Both the position numbers and the translations under genes were made by a program. Below the pieces are notes generated by a model. That model saw nothing but the letters and a program-made list of their open reading frames with translations, was not told the DNA's origin and ran no database searches. From Escherichia coli (GTDB taxonomy: Bacteria; Pseudomonadota; Gammaproteobacteria; Enterobacterales; Enterobacteriaceae): 64,000 bases of DNA. Every line of letters starts with the position of its first letter. Positions within the stretch are counted from its first letter, which is position 1. Of the stretch, positions 57,202-64,000 are shown one piece after another. Location of the stretch: the NCBI RefSeq assembly GCF_011045215.1, contig NZ_CP049201.1; one strand, written 5' to 3'.

Positions 57202-57921
57202 TTACTGAATTTCGGTGGTGCCGTTAATTTTAAACAGGATATTCACCACAATCCCACTGCCTGGCTTACCCGGCTCATAACGCCATCTGCGCATCGCATT
57301 TTTCACCTCACGCTCAAACATGTTCGCAGGCTTGGCTGAGAGGATTTGTACGTTATCCACGCGACCATCCGGCGTGACGTCAAATTTAACTTTAACCTGC
57401 CCTTCAATGCGCAATGCCTGTGCTCGTGCCGGATACTGCGGCTGATTACGGCTTAATGCGCGTGGTCCTGAAGCCACACTGGTAACCGGCTTGCTGGTTG
57501 CAGCCGTTGCTGTACTTGATGTCGGGCGTGCCGGTGTCGTATTTTCAAACGGTGATGCCGGACGCGACTCTACGGGTTTGACATCGCGTTTTGGCTGCTC
57601 CTGTACCTTTTTCACCGGCTTCGGTTTTGGCTTAGGTTTCGGCTTCGGCTTTTCAATGACCACCGGTGCTTCTTTTGGCGGTTCAGGAATCGGCTCAGGT
57701 TCCGGTTCTGGCTCTACCACCGGCTCCGGTGGCGGCTGAACGGCTTGTGGCGGTTCGAGATCAGCAGGCGCAACCATCGTGACAGAAATCGGCTGCGCAG
57801 GCGCAGGTAGTTCAATAACCTGATGTACCGAGGTATAGAGCAGACCCGCCACAACAGCACCATGAATGCAGACCGAAAGTAACGTCGGCCAGGGGAAGCG
57901 GCGAGGTAAATCAAGGGTCAT
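57202..57921 (-). CDS. tonB: TonB energy transducer
   Basis: [21 protein letters not shown]...; (EP)n and (KP)n repeats; 239 aa from internal Met of ORF-track ORF. Confidence 0.95.
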   Translation of the reverse strand: MTLDLPRRFPWPTLLSVCIHGAVVAGLLYTSVHQVIELPAPAQPISVTMVAPADLEPPQAVQPPPEPVVEPEPEPEPIPEPPKEAPVVIEKPKPKPKPKPKPVKKVQEQPKRDVKPVESRPASPFENTTPARPTSSTATAATSKPVTSVASGPRALSRNQPQYPARAQALRIEGQVKVKFDVTPDGRVDNVQILSAKPANMFEREVKNAMRRWRYEPGKPGSGIVVNILFKINGTTEIQ

Positions 57922-58144
57922 TGAAGTCATAATCATTTCAGTAGAAAAACCAGGTCTCGATTTTAAATGCAAATAGCAATCATATTCAATAAGGCAAGAC
58001 GATCAGGATCAGTGAAAATGTCATTTTTGGCGTAATTGACCTTACTTTATGCATGGTCTTAACAAAGACATCATCTTTCCGTTGCAGATCTTCGCCCTTT
58101 CAAATAACGTACTTTACAACTTTCCCGAACAAGGAGTTGTGCCC

Positions 58145-58441
58145 GTGTTGTATGTTATTTACGCTCAAGACAAAGCTGATAGCCTCGAAAAACGCCTTTC
58201 CGTTCGTCCGGCACATTTAGCACGTTTACAGTTACTGCATGATGAAGGTCGTTTGTTGACAGCTGGTCCAATGCCAGCGGTAGACAGTAACGATCCAGGG
58301 GCTGCGGGATTTACTGGCTCAACCGTTATTGCTGAATTTGAATCGCTGGAAGCAGCTCAGGCCTGGGCCGATGCTGACCCGTACGTAGCGGCAGGAGTCT
58401 ATGAACACGTTTCAGTGAAACCATTTAAGAAAGTGTTCTGA
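58145..58441 (+). CDS. yciI: YciI-like protein
   Basis: 98 aa from GTG 58145 preceded by AAGGAG; synteny between tonB and kch. Confidence 0.8.
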
Positions 58442-58741
58442 GTAGAGATCCAATATTTAAGGGCACGGTTTTTGCAACCGTGTTCTTGTTTGGCCTTTCC
58501 TTATAGGTCGGTCATTGCATTCACCACCACAAGCAGATAATAACTTTATCTGTATTTCTTTATATGATGTGAGCATGTTCAGGAAAAATGCCCTTTCCTG
58601 ACGCAGAGTTGCTCACTCAAAACCTTTGATTACTGCAGATAAAGTCATCTACTATTGTTTAACACATTCACGTGTCGCATGTATGTTCAGAAAATGTGCA
58701 CGTTAAGATAATTAAACAAAATTGTGGTTACAGAGGTATCA

Positions 58742-59995
58742 GTGAGTCACTGGGCTACATTCAAACAAACAGCAACAAATTTATGGGTGACCCTACGGCA
58801 CGACATTCTCGCGCTGGCCGTCTTTTTAAATGGGTTGCTTATTTTTAAAACAATCTATGGTATGTCGGTCAATTTGCTTGATATTTTCCATATCAAAGCA
58901 TTTTCAGAGTTGGATCTCTCCTTGCTGGCAAACGCCCCACTATTTATGCTCGGCGTCTTTCTTGTCCTGAACTCCATTGGCTTACTGTTCCGGGCAAAGC
59001 TCGCATGGGCAATCAGTATCATTTTGTTGTTGATAGCGCTAATTTACACCCTGCATTTTTATCCCTGGCTGAAATTTAGTATTGGATTTTGCATTTTTAC
59101 GCTGGTGTTTTTACTGATACTGCGCAAAGACTTCTCCCACAGTAGCGCCGCAGCCGGGACAATTTTTGCATTTATTAGTTTCACGACATTACTGTTTTAC
59201 TCAACCTACGGTGCGCTTTATTTAAGCGAAGGTTTTAATCCGCGAATAGAAAGTTTGATGACCGCGTTCTATTTTTCGATAGAAACCATGTCAACCGTCG
59301 GCTATGGAGATATTGTCCCTGTTTCTGAATCAGCACGATTGTTCACTATTTCGGTCATTATTTCCGGCATTACCGTTTTTGCCACATCTATGACCTCAAT
59401 TTTTGGTCCGCTTATCCGCGGGGGATTCAACAAACTTGTAAAAGGAAACAATCATACAATGCATCGTAAAGATCATTTTATTGTTTGCGGACATTCGATT
59501 CTCGCTATCAATACGATCCTGCAACTGAATCAACGCGGACAAAACGTAACGGTTATCAGCAACTTGCCTGAAGATGATATCAAGCAACTTGAGCAACGCT
59601 TAGGCGATAACGCTGATGTTATCCCCGGTGACAGTAATGACAGTTCAGTATTAAAGAAAGCGGGAATCGATCGTTGCCGGGCCATTCTGGCGCTGAGTGA
59701 TAACGATGCAGATAACGCGTTTGTTGTACTCTCGGCAAAAGATATGAGCAGTGATGTCAAAACAGTTCTCGCCGTCAGTGATAGCAAAAACCTGAATAAG
59801 ATTAAGATGGTACATCCGGATATCATTCTCTCACCGCAACTGTTTGGCAGCGAAATTCTGGCGCGAGTTTTAAATGGTGAAGAGATTAATAATGATATGC
59901 TCGTTTCAATGTTGTTGAACTCAGGTCATGGTATTTTCAGCGATAACGATGAACAAGAAACGAAAGCTGACAGTAAAGAATCGGCGCAAAAATAG
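58742..59995 (+). CDS. kch: Voltage-gated potassium channel Kch
   Basis: 417 aa from GTG (MSHWATFKQT...); selectivity filter TVGYGD; RCK domain. Confidence 0.9.
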   Translation: MSHWATFKQTATNLWVTLRHDILALAVFLNGLLIFKTIYGMSVNLLDIFHIKAFSELDLSLLANAPLFMLGVFLVLNSIGLLFRAKLAWAISIILLLIALIYTLHFYPWLKFSIGFCIFTLVFLLILRKDFSHSSAAAGTIFAFISFTTLLFYSTYGALYLSEGFNPRIESLMTAFYFSIETMSTVGYGDIVPVSESARLFTISVIISGITVFATSMTSIFGPLIRGGFNKLVKGNNHTMHRKDHFIVCGHSILAINTILQLNQRGQNVTVISNLPEDDIKQLEQRLGDNADVIPGDSNDSSVLKKAGIDRCRAILALSDNDADNAFVVLSAKDMSSDVKTVLAVSDSKNLNKIKMVHPDIILSPQLFGSEILARVLNGEEINNDMLVSMLLNSGHGIFSDNDEQETKADSKESAQK

Positions 59996-60049
59996 AGTTT
60001 AAAGACGGAAGAGTAAACTTATTGGGCACCGCAATGGTGCCCAGTACAT

Positions 60050-60223
60050 TTAGATATTGTAGATCGCAAACAATAACGAGTTACGCTGTTTGTTTAGAAT
60101 GCACTTCCTGATGCTGTGGATACGCATATTTCGGCGCGATTGCCCCTCAAGCCAACGCGATTTACGTCGGCTAGCCTGACGCTGCATGCGCCAGCGCCCC
60201 ACTTCCGTTCTACTCCGCTTCAT
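60050..60223 (-). CDS. yciY: Small protein YciY-like
   Basis: 57 aa MKRSRTEVGRWRMQRQASRRK... between kch and clsA; assignment from memory. Confidence 0.4.
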   Translation of the reverse strand: MKRSRTEVGRWRMQRQASRRKSRWLEGQSRRNMRIHSIRKCILNKQRNSLLFAIYNI

Positions 60224-60365
60224 GTTAACTACTCTATGCAATAACAGAATGGTCATTATACCCCCGCCCCCGACGCTGACCAGTGGTTTTCCCGCGTTTT
60301 TATTTGCCAGATGAATCCATATGCGTAAACTCATAACAATGCGCTTTCAAAAGGATTTCTAATCT

Positions 60366-62190
<1,825 letters not shown>

Positions 62191-62242
62191 ATAATCACTT
62201 TCGGCGTGAAAAAGGGCTGACAACTGTCAGCCCTTTTTGTGT

Positions 62243-63247
62243 TTAAAGCGGATCGACTTTCAGGCAAGAAACGGCGTGTCTGAAACTCCCCTCCAGCACA
62301 GGACGTGTTTTGGCACACTCCGGACCGGCAATCGGGCAACGGGTACGGAAAACACAACCGGAAGGCGGGTTGATCGGCGACGGTAATTCTCCTTCCAGTA
62401 ACTGGATGGTTTTGTTCTTCTCCAGATCCGGATCAGGTATGGGGACTGCCGACATCAATGCCCTGGTGTAAGGATGTAGTGGATTGTGGTAGACCTCATC
62501 ATAGGTCCCCAGTTCTACCGCATGGCCGAGATACATCACTAACACACGATCGGAAATGTGTTTTACCACGGCCAGGTCGTGAGCGATAAAAATTAATGAC
62601 AATCCCATCTCACGTTGTAACTGCTGGAGCAGGTTGACCACCTGCGCCTGAATTGACACGTCCAGCGCCGACACCGGCTCATCACAGATAATCAGCTTCG
62701 GTTCAAGAATAAGAGCACGAGCAATCCCGATACGCTGGCACTGCCCACCGGAGAACTCATGCGGATAGCGGTTAATCAGGTTAGGCAATAACCCGACTTT
62801 CAGCATCATCGCCTTCACGCGCTCGCGAACTTCCTGGCGTGACATTTTCGGATGATAGGTACGCAGCGGTTCAGCGATAATCTCGCCGATGGTCATACGC
62901 GGGTTTAGCGATGCCAACGGATCCTGGAAAATCATCTGAATATCACTGCGAACGGCACGCCATTCATCGGGCTTCATGCCCAGCAACTCTTTACCTAACC
63001 AGGCAACATGACCGTCGGTCGCCTTGACCAAACCGATGATGGCGCGAGCAAAGGTGGACTTACCGCATCCCGATTCCCCTACCACACCTAATGTTTCCCC
63101 TTCATACAGGCGAAGAGTTACACCATCGACGGCTTTGAGAGTTTTCGGCGGTTGCCAGAACCACTGTTTGCCATCTTTGATTTCAAAGTGCACTTTCAGA
63201 TCGGCGATTTCGAGGAGGACTTTTCTTCCTTCGGTTACAGCATTCAT
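62243..63247 (-). CDS. oppF: Oligopeptide ABC transporter ATP-binding protein OppF
   Basis: 334 aa; Walker A GESGCGKST, signature LSGGQ, Walker B IICDE. Confidence 0.95.
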   Translation of the reverse strand: MNAVTEGRKVLLEIADLKVHFEIKDGKQWFWQPPKTLKAVDGVTLRLYEGETLGVVGESGCGKSTFARAIIGLVKATDGHVAWLGKELLGMKPDEWRAVRSDIQMIFQDPLASLNPRMTIGEIIAEPLRTYHPKMSRQEVRERVKAMMLKVGLLPNLINRYPHEFSGGQCQRIGIARALILEPKLIICDEPVSALDVSIQAQVVNLLQQLQREMGLSLIFIAHDLAVVKHISDRVLVMYLGHAVELGTYDEVYHNPLHPYTRALMSAVPIPDPDLEKNKTIQLLEGELPSPINPPSGCVFRTRCPIAGPECAKTRPVLEGSFRHAVSCLKVDPL

Positions 63248-64000
63248 AACAGTTCCTCCACCGGTTTAAAGCAAGCACGCAGACGGCCAGGCGTAAACTC
63301 TTCCAGCGGCGGTGCGCTACTACAAATTTCCATCGCATGCGGACAACGTGGCTGGAACGGGCAACCTTTCGGTAATCGCAGCAAGTTTGGCGGATTACCC
63401 GGGATGGTCAACATTGTTTCACCTTCCGCATCAAGACGCGGCACCGCGTTGAGCAAACCGATAGAATAAGGATGAACGGGTTGATAAAAGACATCGCGCG
63501 CATTGCCATATTCCATCGTGCGCCCGGCGTACATTACCAGCACTTTGTCGCAGATCCCCGCCACCACGCCAAGATCGTGGGTGATCATAATGATGGCGGT
63601 ATTAAATTCCCGCTTCAGTTCATTCAATAGCGTCATGATCTGCGCCTGTACGGTGACGTCCAGCGCAGTAGTGGGTTCATCTGCAATCAGCAGCTTAGGT
63701 CGACATAGCAATGCCATCGCAATCATGACTCGCTGACGCATGCCGCCAGAAAATTCGTGCGGGTACATTTTCATGCGTTTACGCGCTTCCGGCATTTTAA
63801 CCGCATCGAGCATCCGCACCGACTCTTCAAACGCCTCAGCTTTGCTCATGTTCTTATGCAGCCTCAGCACTTCCATCAACTGCTCACCGACGCGCATATA
63901 GGGATTCAACGAAGTCATTGGGTCCTGAAAAATCATTGAGATTTGTTCAGCGCGCAGTTTATTGAGTTCACGCTCTGGCAAATTGAGGATTTCACGCCCA
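63244..64000 (-). CDS. oppD: Oligopeptide ABC transporter ATP-binding protein OppD, partial (N-terminus beyond window)
   Basis: ABC ATPase C-terminal part (FSGGMRQR, LLIADEPTTALD); frame open to window edge. Confidence 0.9.
   Translation of the reverse strand, partial: GREILNLPERELNKLRAEQISMIFQDPMTSLNPYMRVGEQLMEVLRLHKNMSKAEAFEESVRMLDAVKMPEARKRMKMYPHEFSGGMRQRVMIAMALLCRPKLLIADEPTTALDVTVQAQIMTLLNELKREFNTAIIMITHDLGVVAGICDKVLVMYAGRTMEYGNARDVFYQPVHPYSIGLLNAVPRLDAEGETMLTIPGNPPNLLRLPKGCPFQPRCPHAMEICSSAPPLEEFTPGRLRACFKPVEELL

Noticed and set aside
57491-57739. 82-aa plus-strand ORF inside tonB
   Set aside because: Gly/Ser-rich mirror image of the TonB Pro-Glu/Pro-Lys repeat region on the opposite strand; not an independent gene.

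Overview
This 64 kb window looks like an Escherichia coli chromosome segment: about 54 kb of prophage DNA followed by the conserved K-12-syntenic block ompW-yciC-yciB-yciA-tonB-yciI-kch-yciY-clsA-yciU-oppF-oppD (54352-64000). All calls come from reading the sequence and the ORF translations against remembered protein families; no database search was run, so starts are approximate and family names are recollection-based. The prophage ends at a lambda-type integrase/excisionase beside ompW and has a lambdoid layout: RecE-like exonuclease, Rac-like immunity switch, replication initiator with internal iterons plus DnaC-like loader, RusA, Q antiterminator, orphan DNA methyltransferase, a tRNA-Gly-like sequence, lysis cassette, cos, and a complete lambda-type head module (TerS, TerL, W, portal, protease/scaffold, D, E, FI, FII). 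Its tail module (window start to 10354) is a P2/phiCTX/R-pyocin-type contractile tail cluster (V W J I H tfa sheath tube E/E' T U X D). The most interesting feature is an ~11 kb block between head and tail (about 10.4-21.4 kb) that looks like a phage satellite: P4-type integrase, AlpA, Bro-N, a divergent RHH/small-protein switch with palindromic operators, a RepA-like helicase-primase followed by iterons, SSB, two cos-like sites, and a second, divergent set of lambda-type capsid E, decoration D, Nu3-like scaffold and Nu1-like TerS, but no TerL, portal or protease. I do not recognise this gene content as a classical PICI, P4-like element or capsid-forming PICI. Other points worth a second look are an inverted cos copy flanking the island TerS, two G9 homopolymer frameshifts in island early genes, an AT-rich reverse-oriented 336-aa gene downstream of Q, and a RecE-like protein with a DnaQ-type exonuclease domain and no RecT. 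No CRISPR array, IS element or Shiga-toxin cargo was seen.
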